In this document: positions 1-12,800 of the stretch, piece by piece
How positions within the stretch are numbered: the first letter of the stretch is position 1
Layout of the letters: each line of letters opens with the position of its first letter
Assembly (NCBI GenBank): GCA_965240325.2
Contig: OZ251236.1
Location: forward strand, 1,893,249 to 1,957,248
Origin: Rebecca billardiae RCC1528
Taxonomy: Eukaryota; Protista; Haptophyta
Reading direction: 5' to 3'
DNA length: 64,000 nucleotides
Translations under genes and position numbers: made by a program
The notes under the pieces: generated by a model
Seen by the model: the letters and a program-made list of their open reading frames with translations, nothing else
The model's database searches: none
What the model was told of the DNA's origin: nothing

Positions 1-2032
1 TCCGCGGCGGTGCGCTGCAGGTTGCCCAGCTCGGCCTGCCGCTCGACCTGCTGCACGTCGCGCGCGTGGATGGCGTCCAGGTACGCCTCCGCGCGCGCCC
101 AGCGGCCCCAGCGCTGCTCGTGCGCCGGGATCATCGTCGCCAGCGCCTGCGTAGTGCGCGCACACACGGGGACACGGGCGCCACGCGCTGAGCCGCCTGC
201 GCGGCACCGTCCGGCCGGGCCTTGCGCGCGCGCACCTCGTTGAGCGCCTTGAGCTGGGCGTACAACTCGGAGCGCGTGCGCTCCTCCGCGAGCAGCCGCG
301 CGCTCTGGGCGTGCGCGCCACGCCCGCCGCGCTGCTGCTCGGCCCCGCGCCTGCCGGTCGCGAAGAGCCGCACCGGGTCGGTCGAGCCCTTTGCAAACAA
401 CGCGATGCGCTGCGCCCGTGCGCGCCATGGGCGCACGGCACGCGCGCGCACGGGGCGGCAGGGGCGGTGCGCGCGAGGGGCGGGCGCGCGCGCAGGGCGT
501 GAGGCGCCGCGCGAGCGCGGCGAGGGCCGGCGCGTGCGCGCGTGCGGGCGCACCTGCTTGAGGTGCTCGCGCTGCGCCATGCGCTCGACGACGGGCAGCT
601 GGTCGCTCAGCCGGCGCGCCTCGTGCCGGCAGAGGGCGAGCGCGCGCCGCTGCTGCGCGCCCGCGCACCGCAGCCGCGCGCAGACCGAGCGGAGCTCGGG
701 GTGGAACGAGGCGAGCGGCGCGTCGCGCCCGCCGCCGCGCGCGCGCGCCTGCTCCACCGCGCCGCCGTGCTCGCCCGCCGCCTCCTCCGCCGCGTCGGCC
801 TCGAAGACGGCGGCGGCCAGCGGCAGGCTGAGCCGCGCGCGCTCACCCGCGGTCGCCTCGACGGCCGTCCACAGCTGCTCGAGCTGCTGCAGGGCGTCGA
901 CGAGGGCGGCGCGCGCGCCCAGCGCGTCCGTCGCGGCGTCGCGCAGCGCGTCGAGCTCGGCGCCGCGCTCCGCCAGCTCGGCGCCCAGCGCCTCCGCGCG
1001 CGCCGCCTCCGCCTGCACGTGCTCGCCCATCTGCGCGCGCACGGCGTGCGCGACGCCGCCCATCTGCGCGCGCAGCCGCTGCAGCTCGACGGCGGACTCG
1101 TCGCGGCTGGCGGCGAGGGTGCGCACCGCGTCGATGGCCGAGGCCTGCAGCCCGGTGATCGCCGCGTCGACGCGCGCGGCGCACTCCCCGCGCAGCTCCT
1201 CGCGCCACGCCGCCGCGCTCGCGTGCAGCTGCCTGAGCTGCGCGACCGCGCGCGCGTTCCACTGCGCCTGCTCGTCCTCGCGCTGCTGCACCTCCGCGTC
1301 GCCGTCGACCGAGTTGAGGAGGAGCTCGCGCATCTCGTCGGCGAAGTCCTGCCGCTCGGACGCGGCCTGCAGCAGCCACTGCTGCCGCTGCGTCTTGAGC
1401 GAGTGCACCACCTCCTTGCGCCACTGCTGCTGCTCGCGCGCCAGCTCCGCGCGCAAGGACTCGATCTCGGCGTCGCGCGTCGCGATCGCCTCCTGCAGCG
1501 AGCTCTGCGCCGCGGCGGTGGCGGTGGCGCTGATCTCCGCGGCGGCGGCGGTGGCGCGCTCCGAGACCTCCTCCGCGGCGCGCGCGCCGTGCTCCTCGAT
1601 CGCGCGGCGCAGCTTCCGCTGGTGCTCTCGCTCGAGCGCCTCGAGCTTGGCGCGCCACACCGCGCCGCCCGACTCCGACGCCTCGCGCTCCGCCTCGAGC
1701 GCCTTGCGCGCCGAGGCGCGCTCGGCGTCGAGGAGCGAGCGCGCGTGCTCGAGCTCGCCCTGCAGCCGCGCGAGCTCCGTGCGCATCCGGCTCATCTCCG
1801 CCGCGTGCTCGGCGCGCTCCTCCTCGAGCGCGCCCGCGGGCAGGTTGTTGCCCGCGGCGATCTCGTCGCGCATGCTCTGCAGCGCGGCGCGGTGCGCGCG
1901 CTGCGCGGCCTGCGAGGCGATGCGCTGCACCGCGAGCTCGCGCTCCACGCTGGTCAGCTCGCCGAGCACGATGTCATGCTCCACGCCGCGGCGCGGCCGA
2001 GGGCCGCGCTCGGCGAACGCCGCCGCCACCAT
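1..2032 (-). CDS. Coiled-coil protein of unknown function, 3'-partial (runs off the window). Exons 2032-554, 409-236, 146-<1
   Basis: ATG at 2032 (MVAAAFAERG...) opens a long E/R/A/Q/L heptad-rich frame. Two GT-AG introns can be placed (553-410, 144 nt; 235-147, 89 nt). Splicing gives continuous ...EHLKQ|RIALF...ALNE|ALATMIPAHEQRW... Confidence 0.75.
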
Positions 2033-2298
2033 CGCGCGGCCTTCAAGCTCGAGCGACCGGTCGCTCGGGTGCCTTCTCACTTCTGGCTTTGAATTTCGTC
2101 TCTGACGACGAAATTCGCGGACGGATCCATTTGTCGGACGATGGGCCGATGGCTGCCGAAGGGCGAGACGGGAGACAGCGCCGGGCTGCTACTGTACAGC
2201 TAGCTTACGCGCTCGTCGCTCGCGCGACTCTCTGCACGCCGCGGCGCCGTCGGGCCACCGCGTGGCGCGGGCCCGCCGGCCGCCGCAGCCCGCTCGGC

Positions 2299-3408
2299 TC
2301 ACGAGCACATGAAGTACTCGTCCGCGGTGCCCTTGACGCACTCGGGGTACGGGTCGGTGTGCCGCAGGAAGGGCGGCGGCTCGCTGCGCGCAAAGGCGCC
2401 AAACAGCAGGTCCGGATCCTTGAGCTTGTTGCCGTTCGGGATGTTGGGGATCTGGATCCACGGCACCTTGAGGCCGAGGCCCTTGGAGTACGCGATCGCG
2501 ATCAGCGTCGAGACGCACTGGTCCCCCTGCTTCGAGCGCCGGATCACCTCCAGGTCCTGGCAGTTGGTGAGCCATGTGCGCACGAACTGCAGCGTGAGCG
2601 GGTTCTTCTGCCACACGGAGAAGGACGCCTGCACGTGCGGCGCGTCCCAGTAGTGGCGGCAGCACGCGTCGTCGTCGACGGAGGCGCACAGCCCCATCAC
2701 CGCGAGGATCTCGCACAGCGCGCACTTCAGCGGCCAGAACCAGTGGCTGCGGTTCCGCTCCTTCAGCCGCAGCCCCGGCACCATGCCGAACGAGAGCCGA
2801 GACGGGTCGACCGCGCCGCGCCGGTTCGCGTACAGGAAGTTGGTCAGCGGGATGACGGACTTGGTGAAGCCCTTCTTGAAGAAGCGCGACGCGTCCATGT
2901 ACACGACAAAGTCGCCGTCCTCCACGCGCTGCAGCGCGTCCCAGATCACGTACGGCTTCCACACCCAGCGCGCGTGCTTGGAGAACTTGGAGTAGAAGAA
3001 GCGCAGGTGCTTCTCGCCCCACGCCGTCTGTAGCAGCTGCGCGCGCGACCAGGGGAAGGTGCGGTCGACGCCGCCCACCTTGCGCGCGGTCTTCACGTGC
3101 ATCTTCTGCGTCGTCGAGTACGGCTCGCCCGCGGCGTAGCTCGTGTACGCGATCGTGTAGTTTGCGATCTTCTCGGTGCGCAGCAGCCGCGGCAGCTTGA
3201 TGCGCTCGAGCGGCGTCGGCGGCATCGACTTGCGGCTGGGCAGCTCGAACATGCGCGTGGCGGGCGGGTGGAAGCGCGCCACGGGGCAGGGCGCCGTCTG
3301 GTTCCTCGGCGGAGTCAGCCCGCCCGCGCCGAGCGCGAGCGAGAACCAGGAGAGCAGCCGGCGCGGCTGCGAGGCCGACGGCATGCTGAATGGTGAGCGC
3401 ACTTTCAT
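2299..3408 (-). CDS. Putative GT-A-fold (nucleotide-diphospho-sugar) glycosyltransferase-like protein with N-terminal hydrophobic segment, intronless
   Basis: Strong coding codon bias. Motifs WVWKPYVI, DGDFVVYMDAS (metal/DxD-like region) and GDQCVSTL resemble the WxWKP...D...DQ glycosyltransferase-like family. The start could be 3408 or 3384. Confidence 0.65.
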   Translation of the reverse strand: MKVRSPFSMPSASQPRRLLSWFSLALGAGGLTPPRNQTAPCPVARFHPPATRMFELPSRKSMPPTPLERIKLPRLLRTEKIANYTIAYTSYAAGEPYSTTQKMHVKTARKVGGVDRTFPWSRAQLLQTAWGEKHLRFFYSKFSKHARWVWKPYVIWDALQRVEDGDFVVYMDASRFFKKGFTKSVIPLTNFLYANRRGAVDPSRLSFGMVPGLRLKERNRSHWFWPLKCALCEILAVMGLCASVDDDACCRHYWDAPHVQASFSVWQKNPLTLQFVRTWLTNCQDLEVIRRSKQGDQCVSTLIAIAYSKGLGLKVPWIQIPNIPNGNKLKDPDLLFGAFARSEPPPFLRHTDPYPECVKGTADEYFMCS

Positions 3409-3862
3409 CGCGGCCCCGGCTTTTTATATTATTTTTCCGATCGTCCTCGCTGTCTGCCGCCGTCCAATCCTAGACTGTGATTAATACAAGTAGGGCCATA
3501 CAAGTAACCATATTTGGGATGAGATTGGATGAAGATCGCGATCCAGGCTTTGGAGCAAGGGGGGTTTAACAGTTGGGGGTGGACCTTCGCCATCAACCCA
3601 CCGGCCACCAAATTGATTGAGGGGTAAAATGGCTGCGCTTTCGGCCCTCGGAACGTCGGAAGCATTGTTCCCTGAGCCGATTTGCACTTACCATTTCCCC
3701 TTCACGATAATCGTGGCAGTATTCATCGCCGTGACGAATAGGCCGAAGGACGAACCGATGTAAGTGCAAAGTAATTGCCTTGCTCTAACCGGAGTGGACC
3801 CTCACCACCGGATCCCTTCGCGCTCGGTGGTTCCGTGGTGCTCGCCAACGCTGCCCGGCGTG
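3409..3862. promoter_or_regulatory. Divergent intergenic (bidirectional promoter) region between the glycosyltransferase-like gene and the giant polycystin-like gene
   Basis: The two genes point away from each other and the region is much more AT-rich than its flanks. It contains an 11-bp inverted repeat (3681-3691 / 3760-3770) and a 9-bp direct repeat ATACAAGTA (3484, 3498). Confidence 0.5.
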
Positions 3863-6800
3863 ATGCGCGCGGCAGGCTGCGTGCTGCTGGCCGCGTGCCT
3901 GCTGGGTGGGCGGAGCGCGCACGCGCTCAACCCCGGCGACCTCGCCATCGTCGGCGTGAACACCGTCAACCCAGACGAGATCGCGGTCGTCGCGCTGGCC
4001 GACATCCCGTCCGGCACCGTGATCTACTTCACGGACAACGGGTGGAAGGCGGACAGCAGTTGGCGCACGGGCGAGGGGACGCACACGTGGACGCTTGGCT
4101 CGGCCGTCTCGACGGGCACCGTCGTGACCATCACGCTCTCCGGCCCGCTGCTCGCGGCCGCGGGCGACGTGCTGTACGCGTACACGAACACCGAGGCGGC
4201 CCCCAACTTCCTCTACGCCATCTCGACCGCGAGGGACGCGTTCGACGCGGACTCGACGTCCGCGAGCACGGGCGCGCTACCCTCCACCCTCACGCTGGGC
4301 ACCTCAGCCGTGGCGCTGGGCGGCGCCTCCGCGTCTATTGAAAACGCTGAGTACGTAGGCGCTCGGAGCGGCACGGCGGACGCGCTGCGGGCTGCGATCG
4401 GCAACGCGGCGAGCTGGACGACGTCGTCGTCGCGCTACGCGTTCGACTCCAGCGCATTCAGCGAGAGCACGCCGGCTGCGCTCAGCCCCGGCGACCTTGC
4501 CATCGTCGGTGTGAACACCGTCAACCCAGACGAGATCGCGGTCGTCGCGCTGGCCGACATCCCGTCCGGCACCGTGATCTACTTCACGGACAACGGGTGG
4601 AAGGCGGACAGCAGTTGGCGCACGGGCGAGGGGACGCACACGTGGACGCTTGGCTCGGCCGTCTCGACGGGCACCGTCGTGACCATCACGCTCTCCGGCC
4701 CGCTGCTCGCGGCCGCGGGCGACGTGCTGTACGCGTACACGAACACCGAGGCGGCCCCCAACTTCCTCTACGCTATCTCGACCGCGAGGGACGCGTTCGA
4801 CGCGGACTCGACGTCCGCGAGCACGGGCGCGCTGCCCTCCACCCTCACGCTGGGCACCTCGGCCGTGGCGCTGGGTGGCGCCTCCACGTCTATTGATAAC
4901 GCCGAGTACGCAGGCGCTCGGAGCGGCACGGCGGACGCGCTGCTGGCTGCGATCGGCAACGCGGCGAGCTGGACGACGTCGTCGTCGCGCTACGCGTTCG
5001 ACTCGAGCGCATTCAGCGTGAGCACGTTGCCGCTCCCGCCACCCTCGCCACCGCCGCCGAGCCCGCCGCCATCGCCGCCGCCGAGCCCGCCGCCGAGCCC
5101 GCCGCCATCACCGCCGCCGAGCCCGCCGCCACCCAAGCCACCACCCAGCCCACCACCGTCCCCGCCGAGCCCGCCACCGAGCCCACCGCCGTCAGCGCCG
5201 CCGAGCCCGCCGCCCAGCCCACCGCCTGGCCCGCCACCAAGGCCGCCGCCGAGCCCGCCGCCGACCCCGCCGCCATCGCCACCACCATCGCCACCGCCGA
5301 GCCCGCCGCCGAGCCCGCCGCCGAGCCCGCCGCCGAGCGCGCCGCCGGACCCATCACCGCCAAAACCGCCACCAAGGCCGCCGCCATCGCCACCACCATC
5401 GCCACCGCCACGCCGGCCGCCGAGCCCGCCGCCGAGCCCACCGCCGAGCCCGCCGCCATCACCGCCGCCATCGCCACCGCCGTCACCGCCCCCGCCATCG
5501 CCGCCGCCGAGCCCGCCGCCGAGCCCACCACCATTTCCGCCGCCGAGCCCGCCGCCGCCGAGCCCGCCGCCCAGCCCGCCGCCCGGCCCGCCGCCCTCGC
5601 CGCCGCCCTCGCCGCCGCCGAGCCCGCCGCCCAGCCCGCCGCCGCCATCGCCGCCGCCATCGCCACCTCCGTCACCGCCGCCATCTCCGCCGCCGAGCCC
5701 ACCGCCGCCTTCGCCACCGCCCTCGCCACCACCGAGCCCGCCGCCCAGCCCACCGCCAAGCCCACCGCCACCGTCGCCGCCGCCGTCGCCGCCGCCGAGC
5801 CCGCCACCATCGCCGCCGCCGTCGCCGCCTCCAAGCCCACCACCTGTGCCACCGCCGAGCCCGCCGCCGAGCCCGCCACCACCATCACCGCCACCGTCAC
5901 CGCCGCCCTCGCCGCCGCCCTCGCCGCCGCCCTCGCCGCCGCCGCCCTCGCCGCCACCATCGCCGCCACCATCGCCGCCGCCCAGCCCGCCGCCCGGCCC
6001 GCCGCCCTCGCCGCCGCCCTCGCCGCCGCCGAGCCCGCCGCCCAGCCCGCCGCCGCCATCGCCGCCGCCATCGCCACCGCCGTCACCGCCGCCATCTCCG
6101 CCGCCGAGCCCACCGCCGCCTTCGCCACCGCCCTCGCCACCACCGAGCCCGCCGCCCAGCCCACCGCCAAGCCCACCGCCACCGTCGCCGCCGCCGTCGC
6201 CGCCGCCGAGCCCGCCACCATCGCCGCCGCCGTCGCCGCCTCCAAGCCCACCGCCTGTGCCACCGCCGAGCCCGCCGCCGAGCCCGCCACCACCATCACC
6301 GCCACCGTCACCGCCGCCCTCGCCGCCGCCCTCGCCGCCGCCCTCGCCGCCGCCGCCCTCGCCGCCACCATCGCCGCCACCATCGCCGCCGCCCAGCCCG
6401 CCGCCCGGCCCGCCGCCCTCGCCGCCGCCCTCGCCGCCGCCGAGCCCGCCGCCCAGCCCGCCGCCGCCATCGCCGCCGCCATCGCCACCGCCATCACCGC
6501 CGCCATCTCCGCCGCCGAGCCCGCCGCCGCCCTCGCCACCGCCCTCGCCACCACCGAGCCCGCCGCCCAGCCCACCGCCAAGCCCACCGCCACCGTCGCC
6601 GCCGCCATCGCCGCCGCCGAGCCCACCACCATCGCCGCCGCCGTCGCCGCCTCCAAGCCCACCGCCTGTGCCACCGCCGAGCCCGCCGCCGAGCCCGCCA
6701 CCACCATCACCGCCACCGTCACCGCCGCCCTCGCCGCCGCCCTCGCCGCCGCCCTCGCCGCCGCCGCCCTCGCCGCCACCATCGCCGCCACCATCGCCGC

Positions 6801-9800
6801 CGCCCAGCCCGCCGCCCGGCCCGCCGCCCTCGCCGCCGCCCTCGCCGCCGCCGAGCCCGCCGCCCAGCCCGCCGCCGCCATCGCCGCCGCCATCGCCACC
6901 GCCGTCACCGCCGCCATCTCCGCCGCCGAGCCCACCGCCGCCTTCGCCACCGCCCTCGCCACCACCGAGCCCGCCGCCCAGCCCACCGCCAAGCCCACCG
7001 CCACCGTCGCCGCCGCCGTCGCCGCCGCCGAGCCCGCCACCATCGCCGCCGCCGTCGCCGCCTCCAAGCCCACCGCCTGTGCCACCGCCGAGCCCGCCGC
7101 CGAGCCCGCCACCACCATCACCGCCACCGTCACCGCCGCCCTCGCCGCCGCCCTCGCCGCCGCCCTCGCCGCCGCCGCCCTCGCCGCCACCATCGCCGCC
7201 ACCATCGCCGCCGCCCAGCCCGCCGCCCGGCCCGCCGCCCTCGCCGCCGCCCTCGCCGCCGCCCAGCCCGCCGCCCAGCCCGCCGCCGCCATCGCCGCCG
7301 CCATCGCCACCGCCGTCACCGCCGCCATCTCCGCCGCCGAGCCCGCCGCCGCCCTCTCCACCGCCCTCGCCACCACCGAGCCCGCCGCCCAGCCCACCGC
7401 CAAGCCCACCGCCACCGTCGCCGCCGCCATCGCCGCCGCCGAGCCCACCACCATCGCCGCCGCCGTCGCCGCCTCCAAGCCCACCGCCTGTGCCACCGCC
7501 GAGCCCGCCGCCGAGCCCGCCACCACCATCACCGCCACCGTCACCGCCGCCCTCGCCACCGCCCTCGCCGCCGCCCTCGCCGCCGCCGCCCTCGCCGCCA
7601 CCATCGCCGCCACCATCGCCGCCGCCCAGCCCGCCGCCCGGCCCGCCGCCCTCGCCGCCGCCCTCGCCGCCGCCGAGCCCGCCGCCCAGTCCGCCGCCGC
7701 CATCGCCGCCGCCATCGCCACCGCCGTCACCGCCGCCATCTCCGCCGCCGAGCCCACCGCCGCCTTCGCCACCGCCCTCGCCACCACCGAGCCCGCCGCC
7801 CAGCCCACCGCCAAGCCCACCGCCACCGTCGCCGCCGCCGTCGCCGCCGCCGAGCCCGCCACCGTCGCCGCCGCCGAGCCCGCCGCCGCCCTCGCCGCCG
7901 CCCTCGCCACCACCGAGCCCACCGCCCTTGCCACCGCCAAGCCCGCCGCCACCGTCGCAACCACCATCGCCTCCGCCGAGCCCACCACCGAGCCCTCCAC
8001 CGAGCCCACCACCACCGTCGCCACCCCCTAGCCCGCCACCAGCGCCGCCCCCGAGTCCGCCGCCACCACTCCCGCCTCCGTCACCGCCGCCATCGCCGCC
8101 CCCGTCGCCGCCGCCCAGCCCGCCGCCCTCGCCTCCGCCCTCGCCACCGCCGAGCCCACCGCCGCCTCTACCGCCACCGAACCCGCCCCCCAGCCCGCCA
8201 CCAGCACCACCGCCGAGCCCGCCGCCGCCATTCCCGCCACCGAGCCCGCCACCTGTCCCTCCGCCCTCGCCCCCTCCGAGCCCGCCGCCCGTGCCGCCGC
8301 CCAGCCCGCCACCCAGCCCGCCACCGAGCCCCCCACCGCCGTCTCCGCCGCCGTCTCCACCGCCGGTCTCGCCTCCGTCACCTCCGCCGCGCCCGCCGCC
8401 CTCGCCACCACCGAGCCCGCCGCCCACCCCGCCGCCATCGCCACCTCCGAGTCCGCCGCCGCAGCCGCCACCGTCGCCCCCGCCAAGCCCGCTGCCGCCA
8501 TCTCCGCCACCGAGCCCACCGCCATCGCAGCCGCCGAGCCCACCTCCGAGCCCACCACCGCCGGTGCCGCCACCAGTTCCACCGCCATCGCCGCCACCGG
8601 CCTCGCCGCCGAGCCCGCCGCCGAGCCCGCCGCCAGCCACACCGCCATCGCTTCCGCCGAGCCCGCCCCCGCCCGCTCCGCCTCCGTCACCGCCACCGCG
8701 TCCACCGCCCCCGCCGCCACCAGTGCCGCCGCCGCCAAGCCCGCCACCAAGCCCGCCGCCGCCAAGCCCGCCGCCGCCAACGCCGCCTCCAAGCCCGCCG
8801 CCGGCCGCTCCGCCCGCCCCGCCGCCTTCGCCCCCACCTGGCATGCCGCCTGCTGCTCCACCACCTGCACCGCCGCCGAGCCCGCCGCCAGCCCCCCCGC
8901 CCGCCGCGCCGCCGCCACTGCCTCCGCCGTCGCTGCCGCCGCAACCGCCGCCCAGCGCGCCGCCTGCCTCGCCGCCGCCGAGCCCGCCTCCCCTGCCCCC
9001 GCCGAGCCCACCCCCTCCGAGCCCACCGCCCCTTCTGCCACCGCCGCCGAGATCGGAGCCGTTCCCTCCGCCCGCACCTCCGCACACGCCGCCGAGCCCT
9101 CCGCCGAGCCCGCCGCCCTTGGCCCCGCCTTCGCCGCAGCCGCAGCCGCCGCCTCGATCCCCGCCGCTGCCGCCGCCGCGGCAGCCGCCGCCACCGCCGC
9201 CTGCGAGCCCGCCGAGCCCGCCACCAACACCGCCGCCACGGCTGCCGCCGTCGTCACCGCCGTTGTATCCGCCGGCATCGCCCCCGCCGTCGCCGCCGCC
9301 GAGCCCACCGCCGTCGCCGCCGCCGCCAAGCCCGCCGCCGACACCGCCGCCGCCGCCACGCACGGATCCGTTCCCGCCGCCTTCGCCGCCGAGTCCGCCG
9401 CCATCCCTGCCGCCGTTGCCACCGCCGCCGCCGCCGCCTTCTCCGCCGCCGAGCTCGCCGCCAGCGTCACCACCGCAGCCGCCACCGTCCCTGCCGCCCA
9501 GCTCGCCGCCGCCACCGCCACCGGCACCACCGCCATCACAACCACCGTCGCTGCCGCCGAGCGCGCCGCCGAGCACGCCGCCGGTACCGCCACCGAGCGC
9601 ACCGCCATCGACGCCACCATCGTCGCCGCCGCCGAGCCCGCCACCGGCGCTGCCCCCGCCGCCACGCACGCAGCCGTTCCCACCGCCCTTGCCGCCCAGT
9701 CCGCCGCCCAGCCCACCGCCTCCGCCGCCGCCATCGCCGCCGCCATCGCCTCCGCCGAGCCCGCTGCCGGCACTGCCGCCACACCCGCCGCCGTCAGCAC

Positions 9801-12800
9801 CGCCATCGACGCCGCCGTCGCCGCCGCCCCGGTCGCCGCCGCCGTCGCCGCCGCCCTTGCCGCCGCCGCCGAGCCCGCCGCCGGCACCGCCGCCGCCACG
9901 CACGGATCCGTTCCCGCCGCCTTCGCCGCCGAGTCCGCCACCATCGCCACCGCCGTTGCCACCGCCGCCGCCGCCGCCTTCTCCACTGCCGAGCTCGCCG
10001 CCAGAGTCACCACCGCAGCCGCCACCGTCCCTGCCGCCCAGCTCGCCGCCGCCACCGCCACCGGCACCACCGCCATCGCAACCGCCGTCCCTGCCGCCGA
10101 GCGCGCCGCCGAGCACGCCGCCGGCACCGCCACCGAGCGCACCGCCATCGACGCCACCATCGTTGCCGCCGCCGAGCCCGCCTCCGGCGCCGCCGCCGCC
10201 GCCACGCACGCAGCCGTTCCCACCGCCCTTGCCGCCCAGTCCGCCGCCCAGCCCACCGCCTCCACCGCCGCCATCGCCGCCGCCATCGCCTCCGCCGAGC
10301 CCGCCGCCGGCACCGCCGCCACACCCGCCGCCGTCATCGCCGCCATCGACGCCGCCGTCGCAGCCGCCCCGGTCGCCGCCGCCATCGACGCCGCCGTTGC
10401 CGCCTCCGCCGAGCCCGCCGCCGACGCCGCCTCCGCCGCCACGCACGGATCCGTTCCCGCCGCCTTCGCCGCCGAGTCCGCCACCATCGCCGCCGCCGTT
10501 GCCACCGCCGCCGAGCACACCGCCACAGCGACCGCCACCCCCACCTCCGGCCCCGCCACCGTCCCTGCCGCCGAGCGCGCCGCCGAGCACGCCGCCGGCA
10601 CCGCCACCGAGCGCACCGCCATCGACGCCACCATCGTTGCCGCCGCCGAGCCCGCCTCCGGCGCTGCCGCCACCGCCGCGCACGCAGCCGTTCCCACCGC
10701 CCTTGCCGCCCAGTCCGCCGCCCAGCCCACCGCCTCCGCCGCCGCCATCGCTGCCGCCATCGCCTCCGCCGAGCCCGCCGCCGGCACCGCCGCCACACCC
10801 GCCGCCGTCATCGCCGCCATCGACGCCGCCGTCGCAGCCGCCCCGGTCGCCGCCGCCGTCGCCGCCGCCGTTGCCGCCGCCGCCGAGCCCGCCGCCGACA
10901 CCGCCGCCGCCGCCACGCACGGATCCGTTCCCGCCGCCTTCGCCGCCGAGTCCGCCGCCATCCCCGCCGCCGTTGCCACCGCCGCCGCCGCCGCCTTCTC
11001 CGCCGCCGAGCACACCGCCACGGCCACCGCCACCCCCGCCTCCGGCCCCGCCACCGTCCCTGCCGCCAAGCGCGCCGCCGAGTGCGCCACCGGCACCGCC
11101 GCCGAGCGCACCACCATCGACGCCACCGTCGTCGCCGCCGCCGAGCCCGCCACCGGCGCTGCCCCCGCCGCCACGCACGCAGCCGTTCCCACCGCCCTTG
11201 CCGCCCAGTCCGCCGCCGAGCCCACCGCCTCCACCGACGCCATCGCCACCGCCATCGCCTCCGCCGAGCCCGCCGCCGGCACCGCCGCCACACCCGCCGC
11301 CGTCATCGCCGCCATCGACGCCGCCGTCGCAGCCGCCCCGGTCGCCGCCGCCGTCGCCGCCGCCGTTGCCGCCGCCGCCGAGCCCGCCGCCGACACCGCC
11401 TCCGCCGCCACGCACGGATCCGTTCCCGCCGCCTTCGCCGCCGAGTCCGCCGCCATCGCCGCCCCCGTTGCCACCGCCGCCGCCACCGCCGTCTCCGCCG
11501 CCGAGCACACCGCCACGGCCGCCGCCACCTCCGCCTCCGGCCCCGCCACCGTCCCTGCCGCCAAGCGTGCCTCCAAGCGCGCCGCCGGCATCGCCTCCGA
11601 GCGCACCGCCATCAACGCCACCGTCGTCGCCGCCGCCGAGCCCGCCGCCGGCGCTGCCCCCGCCGCCACGCACGCAGCCGTTCCCACCGCCATCTCCGCC
11701 GTCACCGCCGCCATCGCCGCCACCGTTGCCCCCACCGTCATTGCCGCCTCTGCCTCCGCCGAGCCCGCCGCCGGCACCGCCGCCACACCCGCCGCCGTCA
11801 GCACCGCCATCGACGCCGCCGCCGCCGCCGCCGCCCGCGCCGCCGCCGCGCCCGCCGCCGGTGCCGCCGACACCGCCGCCGCCGCCGCGCACGGAGCCGT
11901 TCCCGCCGCCCGCGCCGCCGAGCCCGCCGCCGAGCTCGCCTCCGTCACCACCGCCCAGCTCGCCACCGCCGCCACCGCCGTCGCCGCCGCCATCGCCGCC
12001 GCCGGGCCCGCCGCCGCACCCGCCGCCGAGCTCTCCGCCGCCGCTGCCGCCGCCCAGCCCGCCGCCGCCGCCGCCGCCCGCGATCCGCGTGAGCGTGCTC
12101 AGCGGCAGCCGCGAAGGCGCGCCGCTCGGCTCGGACGACGCGGCGCTCGAGCTCGAGGGTGCGGGCTTTGACAGCCTGGCCGGCGGCGAGTTTGGCGAGA
12201 TCCAGTGCGCCTTCACGCGCGCCGATGGCGGCGGGGACGGTGGCGGCCCGCTGCTCTCGGGCGCGACGGTGCTGAGCGACGCGCGGCTGCGCTGCGCCAT
12301 GCCCGCCGCCGCCTCGTCCGGCGCGCCCTCCGCCGCGGGCGCGTACACCGTCGGCCTCGCCCTCGGCGCCGTGGGCGCGTCCACGGACGTGGATGTCTCC
12401 GGGCTCTTCGGCCCGGTCTCGTTTGAGCTGTACGACATGGCGGCCGTGTCGGTGCTCGAGCTGCGCCCGCCGGGCGGGCCGGTGGGCGGCGGCACGGCGG
12501 TCACGCTCGTGGGCTCGGGCTTTGCCGAGTACGGCGAGGGCCAGCTGTGCTGCGTGCTCGGCGGCGGCGGCTGCGCGGCGGCGGCGACGCTGCTGCCGCC
12601 GTCGGCGGCGGCGCCAACCCTGAGCCGCGCGCGCTGCGTGCTGCCGCCGCCGCTGGGCGGCGCGGCGGGCAGCGTGGCGCTCGAGCTCTCGCTTGGCGGC
12701 GGCAGCGCCGACTCGACCACCGCCTCGGCGCTGCCCTTCCTCGCGTACGACCCGCCCACCCTCGGCTCCGTCAGCCCGGCGAGCGGCGACGCGAACGGCG

